Shown here in pieces: positions 10,454 to 20,512 of a stretch of 64,000 bases of DNA. The DNA lies in the IMG/VR virus record IMGVR_UViG_3300009174_000002, positions 51,517 to 115,516 of that record; one strand, given 5' to 3'. Each line of letters begins with the position of its first letter. The stretch's first letter is position 1. The DNA comes from a virus. Under the pieces are notes generated by a model that was not told where the DNA came from, did no database searches, and saw only the letters and a program-made list of their open reading frames with translations. Made by a program: the position numbers and the translations under genes.

Positions 10454-10593
10454 TTATTCTTTTTGTTTTTGTTAATCAATGTGTGTTAAATTTTAAATCT
10501 TTAATACTTTTTTTATATATTGTAGTTTTTTCAAAAGTTTAAAAAATTAAATTGATTTAGTAGTTTTTTGAATCATTGTTAGTAATAACAGCA

Positions 10594-10630
10594 AAATAGG
10601 GAGTAGTTGATTAAACTATACTCCCTATTT
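10594..10630 (-). terminator. Hairpin after scaffold gene
   Basis: Stem aaatagggagta / tactccctattt. Confidence 0.65.
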
Positions 10631-10641
10631 CTAATTAAATT

Positions 10642-12117
10642 TTATTGGAAATAACTATCGTTATATCCCTCAAGACCCATCAAGAAACGAATTCTAGAAT
10701 CTTTTTCATTTATTTGTTCTGGTTTATTCGTTTCAAAATTTTCAGATTCTTTCAAACTATTAATAGTTTTTACAGAACTCTTAGTTCTTTGAACAGTTTC
10801 ATTTAAAGATTCATGTGCCTGTTCTCTTATAACTTTAACTAATTTCTTATACAAATTATCAATTTTTTGAGGATTTGAACATTTGTCAAATGATTCAGAA
10901 ATTTTAAGTCTAGTTTCTTTATCTAATTTATCACCAACGGCAGTTAAAATACCATTAGCTTTGGTAATTTTATAAGCCTCTAATTTAAATTTATTCACTT
11001 GTTTTTGTAAAAGTGCAATTTGTTTGGAAGCTTCAACCAACATTTTTGATTTTTTAACTTCTTCAGAGATAGCAACTTTTTTCCCATCACCAGCTCCACC
11101 ACCAGAAGTAGATGTAACCTTTTTAAATGTAGGTTTAGTTTCAACTTTTTTAGCAGTTTTATTATCGGTTACTCCAGCAAATTTTGGTTTTGTTTCAATT
11201 TTTCTAGATTTATTTTCACCAGAAACTTTTCCAAAACTTTTTTGTAAATCGCTATCTGTTTTCTTAAATTCATCAGGAACGTCTACTCCATCATAAGGAT
11301 CTTCTGTTTCTTTAAGTTTTTTCTTAGTAACAACTTTTTCTGGTTGTTTCTTAACTACTTTTTTAGTTTTAGATTGTTTATTTAAAGCTTCGTTAATTTC
11401 TTGTTCAACTTCAGCTTCTAACATTACTGATTCTTCAATATCATCAAACTCATCATCGCCTTCATCATCAAATTCTAAACCAGCTTCGTCTTCGCCAAAA
11501 TCTTCTCCATCTTCAAAACCTTCTTCATACTCTTCTTCGTCACCAAAACTAAAATCTTCATCTCCACCTTCTTCGCCAGCGAGATCCCCATCTTCTTCCT
11601 GGGCTACCGATGCTAGAGTAGATCCTAATTCATGGTAGGTATCAGGACTATCAATTATATCTTCTAATTCGCCAGCGGTAACTGGACCATCAAGAGCTTC
11701 TTCGCCTTCTTCTTCTTCATGTTGCAAAAGATCAAGTTCAGGCTCTAATAATTCGTCGGTATATTCTTCAAAGGTTTCATCCTCTGTAGGAGTTAAATCA
11801 GCTGTAGGATCCACATATTCATCTTCCCCCTCTAAACCTTCTTCACCTTCAAAATCTCCTTCTCCGCCTAGTTCTTCGCCACCACCACCACCAAAATCTT
11901 CACCACCTTCGCCTCCGAAATCTTCTCCTCCACCCATTTCTCCACCTTCATCTTCGCCTCCTGCATCTAGGCCTAGATCATCATCAAGTGGTTCATCATC
12001 AGCTTCGTTCATAAAATGTTCGTAATCTTCTTTCAACCTAGCACGAAGTTTTTTTGTTATTTCACTTTCTTCTTTTTTAGGTTTTAAAGTAGATCTTTTA
12101 TTTTTTTCTGTAGCCAT
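10642..12117 (-). CDS. Prohead core/scaffold protein
   Basis: Extremely acidic; immediately upstream of the capsid gene; many LxE/IxE sites; C-terminal KLKISESFDK and RIRFLMGL. Confidence 0.75.
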   Translation of the reverse strand: MATEKNKRSTLKPKKEESEITKKLRARLKEDYEHFMNEADDEPLDDDLGLDAGGEDEGGEMGGGEDFGGEGGEDFGGGGGEELGGEGDFEGEEGLEGEDEYVDPTADLTPTEDETFEEYTDELLEPELDLLQHEEEEGEEALDGPVTAGELEDIIDSPDTYHELGSTLASVAQEEDGDLAGEEGGDEDFSFGDEEEYEEGFEDGEDFGEDEAGLEFDDEGDDEFDDIEESVMLEAEVEQEINEALNKQSKTKKVVKKQPEKVVTKKKLKETEDPYDGVDVPDEFKKTDSDLQKSFGKVSGENKSRKIETKPKFAGVTDNKTAKKVETKPTFKKVTSTSGGGAGDGKKVAISEEVKKSKMLVEASKQIALLQKQVNKFKLEAYKITKANGILTAVGDKLDKETRLKISESFDKCSNPQKIDNLYKKLVKVIREQAHESLNETVQRTKSSVKTINSLKESENFETNKPEQINEKDSRIRFLMGLEGYNDSYFQ

Positions 12118-12202
12118 TTAATTTTACTTTTTTAATTGAAAGTTTTTTAAAAACACTTCCTATTTGTTTTTTAAATATTGTAGTATTTTAAAATAATTAA
12201 TT

Positions 12203-14205
12203 TTATACAGCAATATTATTTGATAAACTTAATAATTGTTTTTTAACTGAATTTAAAGTTGAAAATAAACCTTTAAAACCATAATATAATCTTTTTATCC
12301 ATTGTCCTAAATTTTCATTTAGTATAGTAACCTTTTTACCAGTTTCTTTTTCAAGTAAAGATTTTAATATTTCTATTTTCTTACTTTCTTTTACTTTATC
12401 TTTTCCTTTAGATTTATCAATTGATAATTTGCTACTAACTGTTGTTTTAGTAGTAAATTCCTTCATTGTCTCATTTACAAATTCTTTTAATTTTGCATTC
12501 AATTTAGGAATAAGGGCATCTAAAACTTCTTTATATTTTGTAGTTTCTTTATCAAATTCTTTAGAAAGTTTTGCTATAATATTATCTATTTCATACAATT
12601 CAGTTTTTGTACTTTTCATGAGACTATATATTTCATTATAAAGTCCAGTTTGTTTTTCAATTTTTGGCTTTAAGTTATTTTGTAATTCGATTATTCTCTC
12701 TTTTACGTAATTACTTATTTCAAAATATTCTTTAATTTTTTTATCTAAAGAAGATTTTGTTTTGTCATCTAGACCTGGAGTTTCTTCTGATGATTCAGAT
12801 TCTACTTCTTTTTTTTTGCCTCATGGTAAACTATCTTGCCCGCAGATTTATTAATGGGAACATTTGTACCTTTAATCCTATTGGCAACATTACTATAAGA
12901 ATCTACTGTTTTAGCTTTTCCAGTATGTTTAATAATACCTTCACTTTCATCTTCTTCTAATTTTTCAGTATCATTATCAATACTGTCTAGAACATCTTCA
13001 GCATCAGTTATTTTCTTTTTGCCATAGATAGATCTATTTTCTCCTGGAGTAAATTCTTTCAAGGTTTTTTTATGATTACTTTCTACTTTTTCAAGTAATT
13101 TTTGTAAAATATCTTTTACTTCTTTTAGAGATACAGTATTATTTTTGTTTGTTTTCATTTTATTATTGTTTTGTACTTTTTTGTTTTTAGTAGTTTCATT
13201 TAAATCATTTAAACCCCAATCATTTTTACTTTGTCTTGGATCAATATTTGAATCAGATAAAGATTTATTATATGTATTAGCGTTTGTTTCTTCAATATTA
13301 TATATTTTATCTTCTGGATTTATTTTTCCAGTTTTAACAGCAAAATTTTTAATTTTTTCAGTAGTTATAGTCATTCCGTTTTTATCTTGTTTCCCAAAAT
13401 AACTATATGGTATTTTAATAAAAACTCTTTTATTTGTGTTTCTTTCAAGATATAAGCAATAATATATATATTCTTCTTCAGTTTCTTTCATTAATTTATT
13501 TTTAAAAGAAGATTCAAACATCTTTTGAATTTCTTCTCGTTTAAATTTTTTAGCTGGCCATTTAGCTCTTATTGAATTACTATCTATTACATTAGCTTCA
13601 ATACCTTTTGCTCTGAGTCTATGAAGTATTTCAAATTGTTCCTTATTGTTTTTTACTACAAAATCTCCACCTTCTTTTCTAACTCCTTCGCCCAATGGTC
13701 TAACCTCATTACTACTATCCCCTACTCCTATTCTTATTGTTTCTTCTAAATCTTCATCAGATTCTATTTTTTTTGCTTCATCTAATTTTTTTTTCCTAAC
13801 TCCTGTAACCCATTCTTTAATATCAGTATCTGAAGTAAGAATACTTAAAAATAAAGTAGCTTTATCTTCACCTTTAACTATTTCATATTTTTTTAAAGAA
13901 ACATTAACTACAGGAAGTACTTCGTTTACTCCAGACATAATATCACTTCTTACCTCTTGGCTTAACTGAATTAATTTAAATCTATTAAATTCTAAATCTT
14001 CGGTTTCATCAAAATCAATAGATACTTCAATAGAAATGAAACTACCTTGAACAGTGATTTTATTTAAAGTATATTTCTTAAGTTTATTTTTAAAAACACT
14101 TTCAATTTTTTCTGTTACTTCATCTTTTGGAAAAAGATAGATATCAGTATTTTCTTTTAAGTAATCCTTACTAACTTTATTAGTTAATTGTTTCTTTTTA
14201 TTCAT
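12203..14205 (-). CDS. Putative head protein; ORFs 12802..14205 and 12203..12619 joined by a -1 frame break
   Basis: GCA AAA AAA AAG at 12808-12819. The -1 frame is open from there (EVESESSEETPG...) into MKSTKTE. The product ends with an LLEKETGKKVTILNE motif. Confidence 0.6.
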
Positions 14206-14274
14206 TACTATTTTTAAATAATGTTCTTTTTTATTTTTTGTTTTTTAGTATATTTTTTTGCTAAAAAAATTGCA

Positions 14275-14592
14275 TTAGTATAATTCATCAGTAACACTTG
14301 TGACATTTAATAAACTATCCTTTAAATCCAATTCTCCGTTTTTTTCGGCAAAATCAACAACAATGTTTTCTATTTCATTATCAGTTTTATCTTTTACTAA
14401 ATTATAAGGTATTTCTATATCTACAGTTCCTACAGGATTGCCATACATATTTTCTAATCCTATATAATACTTAACATACTTAGGCACTGGTCTATTTAAT
14501 CTTCTAGGTTTAAAAAGATTTTTTTCTTCTGAATCCTTCGGATTAAATAGATTTTCTTCAGATTCTTTAAGTATTTTATTTACTAAATTCAT
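14275..14592 (-). CDS. LFKPRR-tagged putative internal head protein
   Basis: MNLVNKILKESEENLFNPKDSEEKNLFKPRR (tag partly duplicated). Confidence 0.6.
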   Translation of the reverse strand: MNLVNKILKESEENLFNPKDSEEKNLFKPRRLNRPVPKYVKYYIGLENMYGNPVGTVDIEIPYNLVKDKTDNEIENIVVDFAEKNGELDLKDSLLNVTSVTDELY

Positions 14593-14610
14593 TTTTTTGA
14601 AAAGATATAC

Positions 14611-15156
14611 TTATTCTGTTTGTCCTGAATTATCTTTATTCTTCAAATACTCTTCCTCAGAAATTTCTTCCATGTATGGGTTACCTAGAGCTATTTGTCT
14701 TCTGGTAACTAGACCTGAGCTTGACATATATTTTAAAACACTTTCAAATTCTTCTCCTCCATCCTCATCCTCATCTTCAAAATCTATTAATTTAAATGGG
14801 ATTTTTAAATAAAAAATCTTTGTAGTTTTTAAATGTAATTTAACAAAATAATAAACAAATTCTGGTTGTTCTCTATTTAATCTTCTAGGTTTAAAAATAT
14901 CATCAGATTCCATTAAAAAAGTTTCCTTTCTAACATAATCAGTTAATATTTTCTCAACAAGATTACTACTATTTTTTGGTTTTATTTGCCCAACATCTAA
15001 TAAACGATTTAAAATATTCAAGCTATAAATTACTTTTCTATTACTAGTCAAATTTATCGCATGAACTTTATCTCCTAAAATAGCATAAACTTTAAAATAA
15101 TATCCATTGCCAATATTAACCCCTGGCAAATATGTTTTTCCTACTTCTATTGACAT
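14611..15156 (-). CDS. Two-module protein with an internal tag
   Basis: Internal NLVEKIL...FLMESDDIFKPRR. Confidence 0.6.
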   Translation of the reverse strand: MSIEVGKTYLPGVNIGNGYYFKVYAILGDKVHAINLTSNRKVIYSLNILNRLLDVGQIKPKNSSNLVEKILTDYVRKETFLMESDDIFKPRRLNREQPEFVYYFVKLHLKTTKIFYLKIPFKLIDFEDEDEDGGEEFESVLKYMSSSGLVTRRQIALGNPYMEEISEEEYLKNKDNSGQTE

Positions 15157-15160
15157 TTTT

Positions 15161-17047
15161 TTAAAGAGTTTGTTTCTTTATTTTTAAGAATTTCTCTACT
15201 CCTAAAATATTCAAATAAATTTTTTCAGCTTCAGTTAATCCTTGTAATTTTTTTTCTTTAATAATTTCTTTAGAAGTTTTGAGATTACAATTACCACCAA
15301 GGCACTGTCTTTCTGTAAGAACTAAATTTTTATTGTTTTTACTTTTGGATTCAATTAATTTTAAATTAGCTTCATAGGTAGATGGCCTACTTACTAAATC
15401 CCAACAAATCACTTCTAAATCATCTTCTACTACATCATATCCACTTCCATCTTGATAAACTGATCCTAGTGCTCTAGAGCTAATGCCTAAGGTCTTTTCA
15501 TTTAAAATTATATTTCTTGCCTTTAAAGCAGGATCGCCAGGACTGGCAAAAGCATTTAATAGTTTAATTTTACCCCATACTTCTACTCCTTTAAACCAAA
15601 TATCTTCAATTGTCATAGCTGCATTCTTTAATTCAGGCACTGTAGATTCAGAGTTTCCGGTCCAAGTAACCTTACCATCTCTCATAGTTAAAAAAGTATG
15701 ATTTTCTACCTCTATACAATAAATTCTGTCATCAAATAAAAATTCTTCTTTTTTAATTGCTCTTGCATTACAATACTTAGAAATTTTCTTTCTTATCGTA
15801 TAAGATTTATTTTCTTTTAATATTTTTTGTTTTTCAAGAACTTCATAATTTTCTTTATTGCTTCTATAAGGTTCTTTTGAATAGTAAGTGATATTATTTA
15901 CTAATTCTATTTCTTCAGTTTTTTTATTTTTTAATAAATAATCTTTTTTATAAACTTTCTTTTCTTTAATAGAAAAAGAATATCCAGTTTTTAATAATAA
16001 TTCTCCAACATCATCTATTAATTGTTTTGATACAGAATAATAATCATTTTTATGACCATCACCTTTATATAAGTATTCAATTAAAATTTCTAGATATTTT
16101 TTATCTAAATCCTTTATAAATTGAGGAATACATTTATTAAAAGCTCCTTTACCAAATTGTTCACAAAATAACCCTAATGCAGTACTATTAATAGTAAAAG
16201 TAGATTCTTTATTATCTTTTTGTATTTTTTCTCTCCAATTAAATGGCATTTGATTTAAAATATTAACTATATCATCTTTACCATTTTGCTTAGTTTGTGA
16301 AATTTGAACAAATTTAAATCCATTACTATCAGTTCTTACCCAACCTTCTGAAATAAACCATCCTAAAAATTTCATTAATACTTCAGTAGATATTTCTACT
16401 TCAGGTAATAGTTTAGTACCTTTAACAGTAATAGTTTTTAAATCCTCACCCTTCCAATTACAAAATTGAGGAATTTGAGTATTAGAATTAAATTGATCAA
16501 AAACTAAAAATTTACCTTTTTTAAAACCTTTACCTTGTTGTGTAAAAAATTTATGATTAGGCGTAACTACAGAGGAAAAATGCTCATTATATAACTTATA
16601 CATTTTACCATAGTATGGTTCATCAATTTTCTTTAATACTGGTTTGTATTCTAAATCGCCAGTATCTGGATTACGAGTAGCTACAATATCGCCTACTTTT
16701 ACATCTACAATTGATATCCAACCATTTTTAGTAAGAATAGAATGTTGATTATCTAGGCAGGGATGATCTAATTCGCCAAAGGATTGTCCGTCCCTAATTT
16801 CCTCTTTTGTATATCTTTCACATTCTTTCTTTAAAATTGAAAAAGGATATATTCTACCATTTCTATTAGGCGTATCACCTTTTTGAATTACACCCACAAG
16901 AAAAATAGGTTGGTCTGGATCTCGTTTAGCTTTTTCTAAAGCCATATTTCCACCTTCAATTTCTAATAATAAATTTTTAGATCCTTTTATGGGAGTTTCA
17001 ATTAATACTCTTCTTTCTTTTAGAACACCTTTTTTATTTACTAACAT
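15161..17047 (-). CDS. Prohead core protein protease (T4 gp21-like) containing an intein
   Basis: NRNGRIYP, GELDHP, LGISSRALGS and WDLVSRPST motifs. Confidence 0.92.
   Translation of the reverse strand: MLVNKKGVLKERRVLIETPIKGSKNLLLEIEGGNMALEKAKRDPDQPIFLVGVIQKGDTPNRNGRIYPFSILKKECERYTKEEIRDGQSFGELDHPCLDNQHSILTKNGWISIVDVKVGDIVATRNPDTGDLEYKPVLKKIDEPYYGKMYKLYNEHFSSVVTPNHKFFTQQGKGFKKGKFLVFDQFNSNTQIPQFCNWKGEDLKTITVKGTKLLPEVEISTEVLMKFLGWFISEGWVRTDSNGFKFVQISQTKQNGKDDIVNILNQMPFNWREKIQKDNKESTFTINSTALGLFCEQFGKGAFNKCIPQFIKDLDKKYLEILIEYLYKGDGHKNDYYSVSKQLIDDVGELLLKTGYSFSIKEKKVYKKDYLLKNKKTEEIELVNNITYYSKEPYRSNKENYEVLEKQKILKENKSYTIRKKISKYCNARAIKKEEFLFDDRIYCIEVENHTFLTMRDGKVTWTGNSESTVPELKNAAMTIEDIWFKGVEVWGKIKLLNAFASPGDPALKARNIILNEKTLGISSRALGSVYQDGSGYDVVEDDLEVICWDLVSRPSTYEANLKLIESKSKNNKNLVLTERQCLGGNCNLKTSKEIIKEKKLQGLTEAEKIYLNILGVEKFLKIKKQTL
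15653..16759 (-). mobile_element. Intein (369 aa) with LAGLIDADG-type endonuclease
   Basis: Starts CLDNQHSILTKNGW directly after ELDHP; block B VTPNHKF; FLGWFISEG and YLYKGDG endonuclease motifs; ends IYCIEVENH...WTGN followed by Ser. Confidence 0.92.
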
Positions 17048-17091
17048 TATTCAAGAGAATTTTATTTTAAATATCATTGAAGAAAAAAACA

Positions 17092-17127
17092 TAAAAAAAC
17101 TACTAGAAAATTAATCCTAGTAGTTTT
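17092..17127 (-). terminator. Terminator-like hairpin
   Basis: Stem aaaactactag / ctagtagtttt with a U-tract on the minus strand. Confidence 0.65.
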
Positions 17128-17149
17128 AAACTTATTTTTCTAAAAAAAT

Positions 17150-17787
17150 TTAAATTTTTTGTTCCATTAAAATAAGAAATCCTTCATTTATTAATGTATC
17201 TCTAAGAGTTGTTGAATTTAATCTAGATTTTAAAATATTTGTAAATCTTTTACTTTCTAAAATAGGTTTTTTTGAAATTATTTTAAAATCTTTTTCATCT
17301 TGAAATATTTCCGTCGAAAATACTGCATAAAATACTCTAAATCTTTCTCTTTTTTTATTAATAGTAATTCCATATTTTACTTCTACTAGTAGAAGTTTTT
17401 TTAATAATTTTTCAATATCAAACAATTCAAGAAATTCTTTTTCTCTTTCTTTTATTCTTCTGGGTTTAAATAAATCTTTAGAATTTGGCGTTAAATTATC
17501 TTCTTGTTCTAAATTTTCCTTAATCTTTTTTTTATTACTTTCTTAGCTTCAAAATAGCCTGTTTTATTAGGATCTTTTACTTTAACATCTATATTTTTAT
17601 CACCTAATTTTTTTACATCTGTGGGATCGCTAATAATTTCATCCGCAGTCATAGTTACATCTTCTTTTATTTCTGTAGTAGGCATAGTAGGATCTTCAAA
17701 TTCTTTAAAAATTACTTTTTTACCAGAATATTTTTCTAGAAGATTTTTAATAATAAATATTTTTCTTTTGTCAATTTTATTTTTCAT
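17150..17787 (-). CDS. Putative head protein; ORFs 17509..17787 and 17150..17425 joined by a -1 frame break
   Basis: A8 run at 17526-17533. The -1 frame reads KKIKENLEQEDNLTPNSKDLFKPRRIKERE into the 17150 ORF. The N-terminus has LLEKYSGKKVIFKE. Confidence 0.6.
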
Positions 17788-18090
17788 TTATTTAGCATTT
17801 GAATACATTACAATATCATCATCTTGTTTACTTCCTACTTTACTTCGTAATAACTGAGCTAGTTTTTGTAAACTATACATAATTCTAGTGGCTTCCTGAA
17901 AGCTACCATTTTTGTATTTGTTATAAGATTCGTCAGTCATATTTTTTAATGATTGAAACAACTTATCTACTTCCGGATCATCAGTAGAAGCTCCAACTTC
18001 TTTTAAAATTACTTTTTTACCAATTTGTTTTTCAAGTAATTTTGTTAAAATAATTATTTTCTTATCTACTATAGATTTATCTTGTTTCAT
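17788..18090 (-). CDS. GKKV-leader putative head protein
   Basis: KIIILTKLLEKQIGKKVILKE. Confidence 0.6.
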   Translation of the reverse strand: MKQDKSIVDKKIIILTKLLEKQIGKKVILKEVGASTDDPEVDKLFQSLKNMTDESYNKYKNGSFQEATRIMYSLQKLAQLLRSKVGSKQDDDIVMYSNAK

Positions 18091-18373
18091 TTAACATAGT
18101 AGTTTGTTTAATTTTATTGTTAATTCTATCTTTTAATTGTTCAATAACTTGTAAATCTTTATTTAAACTATTTTCTAATTCTTCAAATTGTGGATAATTT
18201 CCAGTATATTCTAAAATTTGTGAATAATTATAAATTAAATCTTCAATATTGTTAGTAGCATTTTGTAAATATTCAACAATTTGATTCTTTTCAGATTCAA
18301 TATCTTCAAATATTACTTTTTTATTAGAATATTTTTCTAGAAGTTTGATATATTGTTTTACTTTAGAATACAT
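18077..18373 (-). CDS. GKKV-leader putative head protein
   Basis: KQYIKLLEKYSNKKVIFE. Confidence 0.6.
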   Translation of the reverse strand: MYSKVKQYIKLLEKYSNKKVIFEDIESEKNQIVEYLQNATNNIEDLIYNYSQILEYTGNYPQFEELENSLNKDLQVIEQLKDRINNKIKQTTMLNETR

Positions 18374-18400
18374 TTCATTTCATATCATACAAAAAAAATT

Positions 18401-19171
18401 TTACATCTCTATATAAACGTTATTATAATCAGCCCAATCATATAAATCATTCAAATTCATGTTAAAATCTTCAATATTCTCTGATTCTTGTAAATAATTT
18501 ATTAATTTATTATATTGTAATTGTTTATCTTCATGTAATTTGGCTTCATTAAGATTTGTAGTTCTTAATTTTTTAACAAAGTTTTTATAATTACTTGAAG
18601 TATTACTAAAATTATTTTTTTCTATTTCCTGATTTAATCTTACCCATTCTTCCTTAAGATTTAATTTAATTTTCCATTTATCTTTAGAAGATGTATTTTT
18701 ACTTTCAACTACTCCTCTATCCTCATCAGGATTTCTTTGATGTAAATTTACCCTTTGTTCTTCTTGATCAATATCCATACCAGATCCTTCGCCTACTCTA
18801 TGAGCAGTTAAATAATTACTAAAATCTTCCATATAGCTCTTTGCTTTACCTACTTTATGTGTTAAATTAGAATCTCTTAATTCAGTAGCACAATACTCAT
18901 GTAATTGAATTATCTTTATAAGAATAGAGGAAACATCTTTAATTAATTTGGTTTGTTGTTCATCTGATAAATTACTAATATCCATTTCCTCTTTAATTAA
19001 TTCTTTCATTGATTCGTTTATTTGTTGTTTTATATTAAGATTTTTATTATCCAACTCAAATGTCTTTGAGAAAATTTCAAAAAGATTCTTTCTTGATATA
19101 TCAGTATCAGAAACAGCTATTCTTTCTTCCCACCAAGTATTTAATTTTTTACTCTTCATCATCTTTATCAT
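18401..19171 (-). CDS. Hypothetical virion-module protein
   Basis: Several INE/IKE/LKE/LNE sites; lies in the late operon. Confidence 0.65.
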   Translation of the reverse strand: MIKMMKSKKLNTWWEERIAVSDTDISRKNLFEIFSKTFELDNKNLNIKQQINESMKELIKEEMDISNLSDEQQTKLIKDVSSILIKIIQLHEYCATELRDSNLTHKVGKAKSYMEDFSNYLTAHRVGEGSGMDIDQEEQRVNLHQRNPDEDRGVVESKNTSSKDKWKIKLNLKEEWVRLNQEIEKNNFSNTSSNYKNFVKKLRTTNLNEAKLHEDKQLQYNKLINYLQESENIEDFNMNLNDLYDWADYNNVYIEM

Positions 19172-20477
19172 TAGTTCTAGAACCTGGTCCTACTGGACTA
19201 AAAATATCAAAGTTATCATCTATATCAGGTTTATCATTGTAAAAATCTCTATTAGTTTTTATATTTCTTGTTGATTCAGGGTCCCTATGTTTGACTGCTA
19301 AATTTTGTGCTTCTAGATCTAACTCATCTGGAAATAAATCTGGTAACATATTATCAAAATCTTTTAACATATTATAACATCCTCTCCAATAATCATCCCA
19401 AGAAGCGTTTTCACCTTTTTTCTTATTGGTATGAAATAATATTTCAACTCTAGCAGGAACAGCTTTATTAAATTTAAAACCAGAAGTATCGCGCATTATT
19501 ACATTCCATCCTGTACCAATTGGATCAATTAAATTTGTTCTATCCTTTTGATAAATAAATAAGTTAATGAAGGTTCTTCTAAATTTTTGAAGCCTATTTT
19601 TAATATGAATAGCACTTTGTTTTAAATTAGAATAATATCCACCTACTGGGAAAAAATCTATTTTAAAATTTACAATAAGATGTGAAGGACTTTTATAATT
19701 TTTTGGTGTTTCAATAACTATGTGCTTAATATATTTAAGATCCTTTAACTTTAATTTTTTTCCAGGAGAAGTTTTAGGTTCATCTGGTTCTTCATCTCCT
19801 GGTTCATCAAATTCTTCATCCTCTAAACTAAATTCTCTTAAAAGTTTTTCTGTAAGCAAACGTAATTTGTAAACATTACTCACGGCTTCTTTAAATTTTT
19901 CGTTATAGGAATTTTTGATTCTAGCTAAAGATTCATCAATAAATATTTTATCTTTATCATTAACACATTCTGCTAAGAATTTAACGATAGAAATATTATT
20001 TTTTAATTGTTGTCTATCCTTATTCTTATAAATATAATTGAAATTTTCTTTTATTAATTCTTTTTTACTAAATTCTTTGGTTTCTACAATTTTATCTTTA
20101 AAATAACTACGTAAGGCTTTTTCATTCAATTTTCTATCTATATTCAAATCAATTGCCTTATCTAAAATATCTAAAGTTAAATCATCGGAATTAATATTAT
20201 AAAATTCTAACAATTTTTTGTTTTCTTTCCAAACATCAATATGACTTACTTTATGTTCTTTAATAAACTTATGATTTTTTCTTATTATAGTCTTAACTAA
20301 ATCATTTAGATCTTCATTATTCTCAACTCTACTTTCTTTAACAAAGGTTAATATATCAAACTGATGTTTATAAATTGGATTTTTTTCCAGTTTTTCAGTT
20401 AAAGTTTTTAATGAATTTTCATCTTTATCTTTAGCAAACTTTTTTAACACCGTATTATAAATTGACGAAAAGTACAT
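19149..20477 (-). CDS. Hypothetical protein downstream of terminase
   Basis: 442-aa ORF preceded by TATTTAAA. Confidence 0.7.
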   Translation of the reverse strand: MYFSSIYNTVLKKFAKDKDENSLKTLTEKLEKNPIYKHQFDILTFVKESRVENNEDLNDLVKTIIRKNHKFIKEHKVSHIDVWKENKKLLEFYNINSDDLTLDILDKAIDLNIDRKLNEKALRSYFKDKIVETKEFSKKELIKENFNYIYKNKDRQQLKNNISIVKFLAECVNDKDKIFIDESLARIKNSYNEKFKEAVSNVYKLRLLTEKLLREFSLEDEEFDEPGDEEPDEPKTSPGKKLKLKDLKYIKHIVIETPKNYKSPSHLIVNFKIDFFPVGGYYSNLKQSAIHIKNRLQKFRRTFINLFIYQKDRTNLIDPIGTGWNVIMRDTSGFKFNKAVPARVEILFHTNKKKGENASWDDYWRGCYNMLKDFDNMLPDLFPDELDLEAQNLAVKHRDPESTRNIKTNRDFYNDKPDIDDNFDIFSPVGPGSRTNDKDDEE

Positions 20478-20512
20478 TTAAATGTTAGATTTTTTCTTTA
20501 AATATCTAGAAA

